Below, piece after piece: positions 51,034-63,905 of a DNA stretch of 64,000 bases. The translations under genes and the position numbers were made by a program. Position 1 is the stretch's first letter. Each line of letters begins with the position of its first letter. Below the pieces are notes generated by a model, which made no database searches, was not told where the DNA came from, and was given only the letters and a program-made list of their open reading frames with translations. The DNA comes from Octopus bimaculoides (Eukaryota), in the NCBI RefSeq assembly GCF_001194135.2, contig NC_068993.1:45249964-45313963 (forward strand), in the 5' to 3' direction.

Positions 51034-51630
51034 TTTTTGCTTGTTTCAGTCATTTCACTGTGGTCATACTGGAGTACCACGCTGACGTGTTTAGTCAAAA
51101 AAAAAATCAACTCCGGTATTTATCGTTTAAGTCTGGTACTTAATCTATCGGTGTCTTTTGCCGAGCCGTTATCTTACGCAGACGTTAACTAATCAATCTC
51201 GGCTGTAAAGGTGTGGGTGCAGGAGAAACACTAGCACAAAGCGACATACCCATATATATATTCATGTTTACATACACACATGCATACATTCCAGTAAATA
51301 TGCATGCATGCATCAATCCATCCGTCCATCCTTCCATCCATCTATCCATCCGTCCATCCGTCCATCCATCTATTCATGCATGCATTCATACCTACCTACA
51401 TACATACATACACATGTACATGGACAAATATATACGACTGTCTTCCATAGAGTTCACGTCCACCAAATGTTCTAACAAGTCATTAGTCGACTTGGGGCCC
51501 TAGTAGGAGACACTAGACTGAAGTGCTACGTTGTGGGACTGAATCCAAAACCGTGTGGTTGCAAAGCGTACTTCTTAACTACACATGACTGTGTGGTTAA
51601 GACAATTATTAAATAATTTCTTAGCCACGC
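51034..51630 (-). mobile_element. SINE family B, diverged full-length copy with internal microsatellites
   Basis: ttgcttgtttcagtcatttcactgtggtcatactggagtacc at the 3' end; gtccaccaaat...cacaag..cattagtcgac...gtgggactgaatccaaaaccgtgtggttg at the head. Confidence 0.7.
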
Positions 51631-51680
51631 AACTGTATGTAGCGGTGGATAATGTTTTACAACACTAGCGCTGATTCTAA

Positions 51681-52237
51681 TTACTTCCGCCAAGGAAGTT
51701 ATGTTTTCATCGGCGCTGGTTTGTCCGTCTGTGTGCAAAATAACTCAAAGTTGTGAACGGTATTTAATGAAACTTGCAGGAAAAGTTGGTAATGACACAA
51801 GAAACAGATGAGGAAATTTTGGTAGTGATCCAGGAATTTTAATGGATTCTTGAAGGATTTTTCATTTGTTACGTTCTTTGATTATCTCCCTTGAAAACAC
51901 GTTCATCGATTCCACGTAACCTATGGTGGCGTTGCTGTTTGTAAAGTTTCTCTTCGTTTTTCTATTAGTAATTTTACTCGCGTATCTATCTTAAAATGAG
52001 CTGCTTGGCGGGGGTCTCCGGAGGATGACATGACAAGCCTTGACTATTGGGATGATTCCTGTTTTTAAAGGTTTAAAAAAAAAATTATATCACTCTGTTA
52101 TTTGTTTTACCCCCGCAAAGGAGGTTATGTTTTTGCCGGCTTTGGTTTGGGAAATTAGGCGATTTTCAACATGCGTGTATATGGGTGGAAATGAGCTACT
52201 TGGCGGAGGTTTGCGCTCTCCGAGTGCTTTTCTAGTT
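51681..52237 (+). mobile_element. Two tandem Helentron-associated (HINE-like) elements (51681-52020, 52107-52237)
   Basis: Each starts TTAC(T/C)(T/C)CCGC(C/A)AAGGA(A/G)GTTATGTTTT with the subterminal inverted repeat CTTGGCGG(A/G)G. The second has a 3' hairpin gcgctctccgagtgc and ends TTTTCTAGTT. Confidence 0.65.
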
Positions 52238-52525
52238 CATAATTGAATTTAATCTTACGTATGCATCGTTGTGGCAAACCAGCAAATGGTTTTTGCACAA
52301 CGGTATATAGCCATAGACTGGCGATTCAGTTTACCCCGGTTCAATTCAGGTACATGATGTTGACAACCCACAAAAGTAGCGAAATATCAGTGTTCTTCAC
52401 TTCTGGATGGGATTATAGACGAGTTATCTCAGCTGTCTATGACTTACAGGTGTTTTAACATCCCACAGCGCTAACCTGCAGCGTACCGGCGAACAAACAA
52501 AACATACATTGAGTATGTGCGCTCG

Positions 52526-52599
<74 letters not shown>

Positions 52600-53063
52600 A
52601 TAGATAGATAGATAAATGTAGATAGAGAGATAGATACATACATACATATATACGTACGTACATATATACATGCATATACCAGATGCGGCATATACATTTA
52701 CCCATTATGCAACCATAAGTCATGCAGTTCAGTCGAGAAATTATTAAGGACTGTGGAGAAAGCAAAGGGTGGTCATTTTGAATTGTAAATATATGTAAAA
52801 TATTCTCAACAGATACAATAATCAACCTGTAAATTTTCATTAACCAAAACTTAAAACTTTTTACTTTATGATGAAATAAATACTGGGTAAATATATACGC
52901 TGCAGCCGGTACGTACATACGCACGTACGTACGTACGTACGTACGTACGTACGTATGTATGTATGTATGTATGTATGTATGTATGTATGTATGTATGCTT
53001 ATATATATATATTCATACACACATATACATATATATATGTATATACATGCGTCTGTGTGTGTG

Positions 53064-53118
<55 letters not shown>

Positions 53119-53253
53119 NNNNNNNNNNNNNNNNNNNNNNNNNNNNNNNNNNNNNNNNNNNNNNNNNNNNNNNNNNNNNNNNNNNNNNNNNNNNNNNNNN
53201 NNNNNNNNNNNNNNNNNNNNNNNNNNNNNNNNNNNNNNNNNNNNNNNNNNNNN

Positions 53254-53327
<74 letters not shown>

Positions 53328-53627
53328 GTATGTATATATCATTAAAACTGACCTGTGTTTAAGTTTTGAAAGAAACGGCGAAAACAATGGAAAGCGTGTA
53401 ATAAAACTGTAGGGGAAGTGTCAAGAAGATTTATACACTTTATTTGTCTGGTTTCGGTAATTAATTCGTGATAATGCTAGTGTATCACCTTCTACTACAT
53501 CAACCCTCACCCCCGTCCGAAACCGCCTTTGCTTTTATGATACAAATTCCATTGAACTGAATGTAAACTTTCCATCAAATTTTCACGTTAATTTATATTC
53601 CAAAAACGCAGTGAGCTGGCAGAATCG

Positions 53628-55530
53628 TTAACACGTCAGGCAAAATTCTTAACGGCGTGTCGTTCGCCTTTACGTTCTGAGTTCAAATTCCACCGTAGTT
53701 GACTTTACCTTTCATTCTTTCGGGGTTGATAAAATCATTTCTACTGTACTCACAAGGCCTGAAATTTTGGGGGAGAGGGCTCGGTCGATTACATCGACCA
53801 CAGTGATCGCTTGCTATTTAATTTATCGAGCACGAAAAGATAAAAGGCGAAGTCGACTGCGTCGGAATTTGAACTTAGAACGTAAAGATTTGAAAAATTG
53901 CCGCTAATCATTTTGCCGGGCTGGCTAACGATTCTGCCAGTTCGCCATCTTCTTTCGGGGGTGGGGGTCAATAAAAAAAGTATGAACTGAACACTGGGGT
54001 TGATCAATCGACTTACCCCCTCCCAGGAATTGCTGGCCTTGTGCCAAAATTTGAAATCAATGTATATTTCAAACACCGGCTTAATGATGACAAAGTTATT
54101 ATAATGAATCCCTCATCCTTTTAAATATTAATTGAAACACAATCACTATATTTCAGGAATAAATATGGTCGCAAAAGAGTTATGGATACCATGTTTCTAT
54201 GGAATACTCTTTAACGTTCTCATTAATTCTATGAATAGGTAATCCAGTTGATTAAAGAAATGAAATACACATCATGGAAACCAATTGAATACCCATTTAC
54301 TCTAACTATGTACATATCCACGAATAAAACACCTTTGGCGATCAGAGAGAAATTAATGATTATGCAGCCTAAGTGTAATATTTCCATATCTTTCATCTTC
54401 ATAGAAGAGCTTAACTGACAGTAACCATTTTTTATCTAATTAACAACGATTCATCTTTGTTGCTTGGATGTTTAATACTGAATATATTTGCATTATGTCT
54501 GAAGAAAAGTAGGGCAATGGATTGATTGACTGGCTAGAGTGTCAATCAAAATACCTTGCGGTATTTAGTTATAATCGTTAAGTCTTGAGTTCAAATCCCG
54601 ACTCGCTCGACTTTGCCTTTATTCTTCCAGATGAAGTAAACAGGACCACACTATTCAATGTGTTCTGCCCATATTTTTAGAGACTATTAGTGTTGATGAG
54701 GAGATTTGGCTGCTATTTCTTTAAGGCTAGATATTTTAGGAGGAAACAGTCTATTATATTGAGATTCGTCCTTGAGTGGTACTTAATTTTATCATCAACG
54801 GAAGTGATAAAAATTGAACATAATGGAATTTGAACTCTTTAACTTAAATTATTTTCTGCTCTAGAGCACAAGAGCCCGAAATTTTTGGGGAGGGGGGGGG
54901 CAGTCGATTAAATCGACTCAGTACGCAACTGGTACTTAATTTATCGACTCCGAAAGGATGAAAGACAAACTCGACCTCGGCGGAATTTGAACTCAGAACG
55001 TAAAAACAGACGAAATACCACTAAACATTTCACGCGGCGTGCTAATGCTTTTTATTTCTTTATTGCCCACAAGGGGCTAAACATAGAGGGGACAAACAAG
55101 GACAGACAAAGGCATTAATTCGATTACATCGATCCCAGTGCGTAACTGGTACTTAATTTATCGACTTCGAAAGGATAACAGGCAAAGTCGACCACGGAGG
55201 AATTTGAACTTAGAACGTAACGGCAGACGAAATACCGTTAAGCATTTCGCCCGGCGAGCTAACGTTTCTGCCAGCTCCCCGCCATACTCTTTAACTTATA
55301 TTAATAACAAATAATATTCTCAAAGTTTGGTACAAAACCAGCAATTTTAGTGGAGGATGCTTAGCTGATTACATCGATCTTAGAACTTGACTAGTAATTC
55401 ATTTTATCGACACCAAAAGAATGAAAGGCAAAATTTACCTCGGCGGATTTTGAGCTCAGATCGTAAAGAGCCGAAAGAAATGTGAAGCATTTTGCCCGAT
55501 GCAAAAACACTTCTACAATCTTGCTGCCTT
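53628..55530. mobile_element. Dense cluster of at least 7 SINE family A copies/fragments in both orientations
   Basis: + copies at ~53628-53740, ~53950-54055 and ~54530-54630; - copies at ~53745-53946, ~54862-55048, 55049-55283 and ~55325-55530. Confidence 0.85.
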
Positions 55531-55764
55531 TTTAACAAACAGTAAATATCTATTGCCTATTCTACAGTATCCAAATATTTTACACAAGGTATCCAAACTT
55601 TCTTCACACGAGGTAAGCCAACACTGCGCGACATGATGAAGAAGTGTACCGGAAAAAAATGTTTGTAAACTCCTGCTCTACACGGTGACTCGATCTGCAA
55701 AATATAATAACCAAATCTTCCTAAGATATTGCTTTATATTCTATAAAATAGTTAAATATATACT

Positions 55765-56480
55765 GTAGAGTGGTGTACTACAATGTGGTTTGGTGTGGTA
55801 CGCTGTAGTAAAGAGTAGTATGGTGTGGTACGGTAAGGTATGGTAAGGTACGGTAAGGTACGCCGTAGTACAGTGTAGTATGATGTGTTACGGTGTGGTA
55901 CGCCTTAGTACAGTGTAGTATGCTGTGGTACGACGTGGTACGCTGTGGTAGAGAGTCGTACATTATCGTATATTGTTTGTAGTACGATATAGGACGGCGA
56001 TGTGGTGTAGTGTGACGTAATGTAGTGTGATATGGTATGGTTGTAGTATAGCATTGTGGTGCATCATGTTTAGAGTGGTGTGGGATTGTATAGTGTTGTG
56101 TAGTGTAAAATAGCATAGCGTGGTGTGATGTAATTTAGTGCAACACACTATAGTAAAGTGTGGAATTGTGTGCTTGTAGTGTTGTATAGTGCAGTATAAT
56201 GTGCTGTAATGTAATGTGATGTGGTATGATGAGGTGTGATGTTGTATGGGATATTGTCGTGTGGTGTAGCATGTGTGATATATTATATTGTAGTTTGAGG
56301 TCCTGTTGTATGGTATATTGTCATGTGGTGTAGTATGTGTGATATATCATATTGTAGTTTGAGGTCCTGTGATGTAATATAGCATAATGTAGAGCAGTAC
56401 AGAGTGGTGCATATTAGTATAGAGCCGTGTAGTGTGGTGTTGGGGTATGGTGGTGATGTAGATTGTAGTGTACGTGATAC
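55765..56480. repeat. Degenerate pentanucleotide satellite (TGTAG/TGGTA/TAGTG) containing a ~64-bp tandem duplication at ~56250-56370
   Basis: Visible 5-mer periodicity; atattgtc(g/a)tgtggtgtag..atgtgtgatat...atattgtagtttgaggtcctgt occurs twice. Confidence 0.8.
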
Positions 56481-56670
56481 AGTCTGATTGAACTCAAGTT
56501 TTATGCAAACATTAATACATAACAGAATAATTTATCACAGCAGTCAACGTTCCCCATATAAATTATTTCGTTAAATTTTAATTACCGACATTATAAATAG
56601 TATAGGAACTTTACTAAACTGTTACCCTTGTTGTTATTGTAATCGTTGGTTACTTTTGGCGTATGTGTTA

Positions 56671-56721
<51 letters not shown>

Positions 56722-56899
56722 AAATTTTTATTTTGTTTTGTTATAATTTTTGCTTTGTCTAATTTCCTCTAGTTGCCCACTCTCTGTCTCTCTGCCTCTA
56801 TCTGTCTCTGTCTCTGTCTCTCTCTATCTCTGCCTCTCTATCACTCTCTCTGTCTCTCTCTCTCTTTCCAAACAGAACTTCATAAAATACAACACCTGT

Positions 56900-57452
56900 C
56901 TAACGACATCTCTTAATTGCCTTCTTACTTCCATGTCACTAACAAGAACTTGACGATGCAAACACTGAAGTAACCCCCACGTTTAACAATTACTGCAAAG
57001 TAAGACATGACATGTTATTTGTAGAATCCAGTAATCTCGATCTCCATGGGAAAGATCTCCTAATCTTGCTGAGCCCGTATTGGAACCAATCAGCGTGCAC
57101 ATAAAGGTGGATGGAGAATGTGTTGAATACACTAGCATCAGGAGAGGACTTAGTCAAGGAGGTATTATGCCACCAGATCTCTTCAATTACTATAGCGAAT
57201 ATAATCATGTGTTAACGTATGGAAATGAGAAAATGCTTGGAAAGTTGTGAATGTGGTTGTTAAGGAGAATATTGAGGATAGTATGGACAAAGTGTCGAAC
57301 GAAAAATGATAACCCAGGATGCGGTAAATACGAAAATGCCTCGTGAGATAAGGGCCAAGCAACTGAGACTCCTTGGTCATATGACGAGGAAAGAGGGCTT
57401 GGAGAATTTAGCCACAACCAGAAAGATTGAAAGGAAAAGAAGCAGAAGAAAG
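56900..57452 (+). mobile_element. RTE-clade LINE RT remnant with an internal deletion
   Basis: LDLHGKDLLILLSPYWNQ, KVDGECVEYTSIRRGLSQGGIMPPDLFNYYSE (QG..SP.LFN motif), then VLTYG...EMWLLRRILRI and QLRLLGHMTRKEGLENLATT.KIE.KRSR. Confidence 0.8.
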
Positions 57453-58790
57453 AGAAGGATGATATATATATATATATATATATATANNNNNNNNNNNNNN
57501 NNNNNNNNNNNNNNNNNNNNNNNNNNNNNNNNNNNNNNNNNNNNNNNNNNNNNNNNNNNNNNNNNNNNNNNNNNNNNNNNNNNNNTATGTATATATTAGT
57601 GGGAGATTATCAATCCGGGTAAAATACTTGAAAATCTCTTTGTAGGCATACCAGACTAACAATATTGTTTAGATTTCTAACAAACTCCGCGTATTCTTGT
57701 GGCAGGGTCCTAGGTATTAGTTCATTACCATTCTATATTGCAAATCCATGGTTGTGTTCTAGTTATACAGGTTTTTATACAGAGTGATATAACAGACAAG
57801 GCAGCAGTAATGATCATTACATATTTTTCCTTTATTCCAGTAAATTTTACTTACAGCTGTTTCCAGTTGTCAATATATGTTCGTTACTGATAAGTTTACT
57901 CAATCGACCCAACGATAGGTTGAGAAGAATTGAACGACCTAGAAAATTAATGCTACTTTTACAAAAGGTACACAGTTTTTACTAATGAATCATGTATATC
58001 TTTGTACACTATTATATTACGTGTTGGATTGTATAAGTAATAATTAAAATAACATCGAGACTTTATTCCTTCGTAAAGTTAGTTGTGCAGTGGTTCAGAC
58101 GCAATGAAACATTACAAATTCCGTCGGGTTGTTGCTTCTCTATCATTCTGGTAATTCAGCTTGGATCATCATTAGTTACATGGCTCCGTCGTGTGTCGAT
58201 TCTCCTCTGGGCGGCTGGATCTGCAAACTCTCCTCAATGACAATTTTCGTAAATAATGGTAAAACCAATTTATGGAGATAAAGAGGCTCCAGGACACATA
58301 CAGAATTCGTCGCTTAAAATATGTTACGCGCAACGTGATTGGACTTTCAATCCAATTCCCATGCAAAACTGAACTAATCACGACACACAGCTCATAACAA
58401 TAGAAGGGACAGAAGACGGTCGAAATTGAGGAGGGAGCAATCATAAAAACATTAATGTTTGTAATTGGGTCATTACATTAAAAAACATTTGCATTAACTT
58501 CAGGTCTAATGCTATCCTGATATTGTGTTGAAATTTGATATAGGTCATTAACTCTCATGATCAAGTTAATCTTTAAAATTGGCCATCTGTATTATCTCAC
58601 AAGGGAGTGAATTATATTAGAAAAAATAACGAATGAAATATCAACAGCAACTAAATTGAGGGGATATTAAATAGAGATGGAAGAGAAATGTGACGTTAAA
58701 AATAAAAATGAAATCAAATCAAATAGTGTTATTATTATTTTAAAAGCTAAATAAAATTGAAGGCCAAATATATTTTAAAATTAGATTAAA

Positions 58791-58957
58791 GTGGGCAAGG
58801 TCTTCTACTATAGCTCCGGCCAACTAATGCCTTGTGAGTAAATTTAGTTGACGGAAACTGCATGGAAACTCGTCGTACATATCTATGTATTATATGTATG
58901 TATATATGTATCTCTGTCTCTGTCTGTCTGTCGGTCTGTCTGTCTGTCTGTCTGTCG

Positions 58958-58999
<42 letters not shown>

Positions 59000-59620
59000 G
59001 TCTGTCTCAGTCTCTCTCTGTGTCTCTCTGTCTCTCTCTCTCTATCTCTCTCTATATATGTATACATATATATATTATGAATGTGGTATATATATATATA
59101 TNNNNNNNNNNNNNNNNNNNNNNNNNNNNNNNNNNNNNNNNNNNNNNNNNNNNNNNNNNNNNNNNNNNNNNNNNNNNNNNNNNNNNNNNNNNNNNNNNNN
59201 NNNNNNNNNNNNNNNNNNNNNNNNNNNNNNNNNNNNNNNNNNNNNNNNNNNNNNNNNNNNNNNNNNNNNNNNNNNNNNNNNNNNNNNNNNNNNNNNNNNN
59301 NNNNNNNNNNNNNNNNNNNNNNNNNNNNNTCGTATCTACGTGGTGGGAACAAACACGACACAAAGACACGCACATGTAGATATGAATGTAAGATATATAT
59401 ATCTACGTGTGCGTGTCTTAGTGTCTGCGTTTGTTCCCACCACTGCTTGATAACTGGTGTCGCTTTACTTACGTCCTCATGATTCAGCGAAAGATATCGT
59501 TAGAATAAGAAAGGAACTTAAGAAAAATAAGTACTGGGATCAATTTGTTCGACTCAACCCTTCAAGATGTTGCCCCAGCATTGCCGGAGTTTGATGATTG
59601 AAAGTAAAAAAAAAAAAAAA
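58791..59620 (+). mobile_element. SINE family B copy spanning a gap, with internal (TCTG)n
   Basis: gggcaaggtcttctactatagctccggccaactaatgccttgtgagtaaatttagttgacggaaactg, and the tail ataagtactgggatcaatttgttcgact...ccccagcattgccg. Confidence 0.7.
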
Positions 59621-60109
59621 GAAAAAACATCACTCCTAGGATTTCGTTTCTCATACCCTCCCCTAACACTCTCTATAATGGGAATGTTACTATTCTGCCA
59701 TCTGCATTGACTAAATAGTAGAGTGCAGTGAAAACCTTGCAAATTTCAAATGCCAAATACCCAACCACTTGGCTCGAGCCTGCAGTTCGGTCAAAGAAAC
59801 GAGCTGGGGAAAGACATGCCGCATAATACAACTGGAATAGATATTACGAAGCATCTCTTGAGGCCCTTTAATAATTCTGCCAAGCTACCGCCTTCGATTG
59901 TTGTATTTTTATCGACCGCGAAAGAATAAAAAGCAAAGTTTATCTCGGGTGGGGAATGGGATTTGAAATCAGAACAAGTACCGCGTGCCATTCTGACTCT
60001 CTACAGCTGTGCTAATTCTCTGGCTCATAATCCGCCATTGGCATCACAATCTGTGTCTCTATCATACCAGATATGTGTAGATACATATAGACACGGATAT
60101 ATCTAAATA

Positions 60110-60370
60110 TATCTTCAAGCCGAGCCATTACGTCTTCTCATTGAGGGATCACTGTACTGGTACTACAGACATGTGATTAGAATGTCGCAGGAAACATGGA
60201 TTCTTCGAGCTGGGTCTACAGGGAGCAGACCTGAAGTAGATCAAGAACGAGATAGCTGAATAATATTCATCGTCTTAGATGGTTACGCTTGGGAAAGTCA
60301 AATGACTGAAAGGACCCTGTAGAGGTGCCTGAGGACACTAACGACACGACCATCCTAGAAATAGTGGGCG
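60110..60370 (+). mobile_element. RTE-type LINE 3' remnant (same family as 3181-3640)
   Basis: Degenerate EPL.LLIE.S.L.WY.HVIRMSQE and G.RP..RSRTR.LNNI motifs; the tail is shared with 3181-3220. Confidence 0.55.
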
Positions 60371-60420
60371 GAAATATAATTATGGATGGATATATATATA
60401 TATATATATATATATAGATA

Positions 60421-60636
60421 CGAGGGGGTGCTGGAAAGTTCTTGGCATTAAGAGTATCTTGAAAAGTTTTGTTGGAGGCCCAACCTTCCGAGTTCTTTTA
60501 CAGGGCTTAGAAAAACCGAAGGACCGCTGCGGTAGGTGTGTGAATCTGAGAGGGCAATATGCTGAATAAAATCATAATTAACTGATGCTCCTGTATTTTC
60601 TTTTACTCAAAGTCAGGAACATTTGAGTACTCCTCG
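60421..60636 (+). mobile_element. Mariner-derived MITE (216 bp) with TA target duplication
   Basis: TA|CGAGGGGGTGCTGGAAAGTTCTTGGC ... GTCAGGAACATTTGAGTACTCCTCG|TA form degenerate TIRs. The interior retains the mariner C-terminal FY..G..K...R..RCV.L.G.Y.E* segment. Confidence 0.8.
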
Positions 60637-61042
60637 TATATCTATTTCTAGATGAAGATATATGTACATGCGAACAAAAGAACAATTAATTTCCATACAT
60701 CTCAGTAATGTGCTATTGAGCATTGAATATAATTTAGCACATGTCTACAGGAATTGGTAAGTTTTGAACTCAGTACGTAATGAATCTGATCGCATTTGAA
60801 CTCATAATGTACAGGATCGAAACAAAATAAACGCAAGGCACGATGTATGGTGCTTTGGAATTTCTTTCCATACCAATAGATTTTATATCAGTTGACAAAG
60901 ATTCTTTCCTACCTCCAGTTATAGAGAGGTTGTGTGCCTCCGGCCATCGAGTCTGACGTGTCACCTATACCTCTAAGGACCTTATTGATGTGAAATCAAT
61001 GGCCAGTTTCTGGCCAATCCTAATCAGCAACGTTTGATGTAT

Positions 61043-61164
<122 letters not shown>

Positions 61165-61577
61165 ATGTTTGTCATCCAGCCACCGCTTGACAAGAAGTAC
61201 TGGTTTGTTTACATTTCCGTAACATAGCCGTTCAGCAAAATAATGTAATAAAATAAATTACAGAGTTAAACAAATGATAACTAGTGCAGATTTGTTCGAC
61301 GAAAGCCTCGAAGACGGTAAACCAGAATGACTGCCGACCAACGGCTAGAGTAAGTAAAAGACATAGGAAAACATAAAAGAAAATATAAAAGATATTGCTT
61401 TCTTTTATTGGATGGAATTGACTCCAGTACATAGCTAATAATTATACTCTCGATGGGAGAAGGATGCAAAGTAAAGGTAGGTTAAATATTAATCTTCGAA
61501 CGTAGAGAAAAAGAAAGAACGAAAGATAGATAGGTAGATAGATAGGGAGTGAGACAGAGAGAAAAAGGGAGACAAAG

Positions 61578-61617
<40 letters not shown>

Positions 61618-61726
61618 AGAGAGAGGGGGATATATTAAATTACATTAAAGCATTTCGTTTACTGCTGCACTTATCTCTCGCCACTGTTAATTTATAAGGG
61701 AAACCGATAAATTTTTGATCGCCGTT

Positions 61727-62150
61727 GGTGTGGCCGTGTGGTAAGGAGTTTGCTTCTCAATCACATGGTTTCAGATTCAATCCCACTGCGTGTAAACTTG
61801 GGCAAGTGTCTTCCACTATATTTCCGGACTTCTCACAGTCTTACAAGCGGATATGTTTGACAGAAACTGAAAGAAGCCCGTCGTATATGCATACATACAT
61901 GCATGCATACAAACATACATGCATACATGCATGCATGCATGCGTGTGTGTGAGTGTGTTTGTCTCTGTGTATGTATTTCTTTGTTTGACACTGCTTGACA
62001 ACCATTGTTGGTTTATTTACGCCCCCGTAACTTAGTTCAACCAAATAAACCGATATAATAACTACAAGGTTTAAAAACAAAAATTGGGTGAATTCGTTCG
62101 ACTAAAATCATTCAAGTGGTACCCCATGGTGGTCGCACTATCAGATAAAA
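61727..62150 (+). mobile_element. SINE family B, full-length copy
   Basis: ggtgtggccgtgtggtaaggagtttgct...ttcaatcccactgcgtg..aacttgggcaagtgtcttccactata...acagaaactgaaagaagcccgtcgtata, followed by the second module. Confidence 0.85.
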
Positions 62151-63540
62151 GTTAAGAAGCTGCTTCAAATTTACACATACCTTAGTCAGAAAGCATTCCT
62201 ATTTAATGTGAGAATACAGCGACCCCAGCGTTGCTACTAGATGGGATGAACTTGAAAGTAGTATTAATAGTTGAAACCAACCTATTTAACAATAATTTAT
62301 AACTAAATATGAGGCAAGGGAGACGACTCCCAAATATTTTAAAAAGAGATTTAGTTCTGCAGAAGTTATTTCCCTTGAAATACATGATTTTTTTTTTAAT
62401 GAATACATTTCCCCGCTTTACGCGACTTTTTAAAATCATTGTTAAGAATGTTAACGTATTCATATATAGCACATTATGCGAATGGTGACTATCCGTATTA
62501 TATCTTTCCAAGAATTGAATTTTACTACGTAAGTGTATGCGCATTTGCTTAGTGATTCTTTCTTTACCATTTCACAAATACAACGAGGTCAACGTTTGAT
62601 CGAGGAAGTTTACTATAAAACCATCTGGATTTACGTCTCGTAATTATCTACCGTATCTGCAGTTTATGACTAATATTTTATTATCTGATTTCAATTTTTA
62701 AAATATTCCCAGCATTCTCCGTATTAAAGGCGAACACTGATCTAAGGGAAATAACTCTTGATAATGGGAATTTACTCTATAGGAAATATATTTAAAATTT
62801 ATTCATAAGGGTAGAAATTGATATTAATCAATTAAAACCAGTGGTCTAGCATATTAAAAAAAATCAGAAGATTAAAATTATATTACATACAAAAATAAGA
62901 GGAATGACCAGCAAAAGTGGACTCCTATATGCTAGAAATAGATGCCGAATCATCTAACCACGAAAAAATATGTTCTCCGTAAAAAATTAGCGACACAACA
63001 GACTGTAAAAGGGCAAGACAAATGAAAAAATACTAAATAAAAAAAAAATANNNNNNNNNNNNNNNNNNNNNNNNNNNNNNNNNNNNNNNNNNNNNNNNNN
63101 NNNNNNNNNNNNNNNNNNNNNNNNNNNNNNNNNNNNNNNNNNNNNNNNNNNNNNNNNNNNNNNNNNNNNNNNNNNNNNNNNNNNNNNNNNNNNNNNNNNN
63201 NNNNNNNNNNNNNNNNNNNNNNNNNNNNNNNNNNNNNNNNNNNNNNNNNNNNNNNNNNNNNNNNNNNNNNNNNNNNNNNNNNNNNNNNNNNNNNNNNNNN
63301 NNNNNNNNNNNNNNNNNNNNNNNNNNNNNNNNNNNNNNNNNNNNNNNNNNNNNNNNNNNNNNNNNNNNNNNNNNNNNNNNNNNNNNNNNNNNNNNNNNNN
63401 NNNNNNNNNNNNNNNNNNNNNNNNNNNNNNNNNNNNNNNNNNNNNCATAAGGGTAGAAATTGATATTAATCAATTAAAACCAGTGGTCTAGCATATTAAA
63501 AAAAATCAGAAGATTAAAATTATATTACATACAAAAATAA

Positions 63541-63905
63541 GAGGAATGACCAGCAAAAGTGGACTCCTATATGCTAGAAATAGATGCCGAATCATCTAAC
63601 CACGAAAAAATATGTTCTCCGTAAAAAATTAGCGACACAACAGACTGTAAAAGGGCAAGACAAATGAAAAAATACTAAATAAAAAAAAAATAAAAAACGA
63701 TTAACCTACGTACCATGGTAAATTTTAACAGGTGAAACCATGGTACGTAGGTTAATCGTTTTTTATTTAGCATTTTTTCATTTGTCTTGCCCTTTTTACA
63801 GTCTGCTGTGTCGCTAATTTTTTACTGAGAACATATTTTTTCGTGGTTAGATGATTCGGCATCTATTTCTAGCATATAGGAGTCCACCTTTGCTGGTCAT
63901 TCCTC
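63541..63905. mobile_element. Foldback (palindromic) element: ~170-bp arms, 17-nt loop
   Basis: 63541-63719 (GAGGAATGACCAGC...ACGTACCATGGT) pairs with 63737-63905 (ACCATGGTACGT...GCTGGTCATTCCTC), with a few mismatches and one indel in an A-run. Confidence 0.88.

Noticed and set aside
52440-52500. Minus-strand 28-nt micro-exon LALWDVKTP between cAG and GTAAGT
   Set aside because: Too short to distinguish from chance without transcript data.
62804-63692. Apparently identical ~245-bp direct repeat (62804-63050 / 63446-63692)
   Set aside because: The copies sit on either side of an N gap with no visible differences, typical of overlapping contig ends left unmerged.
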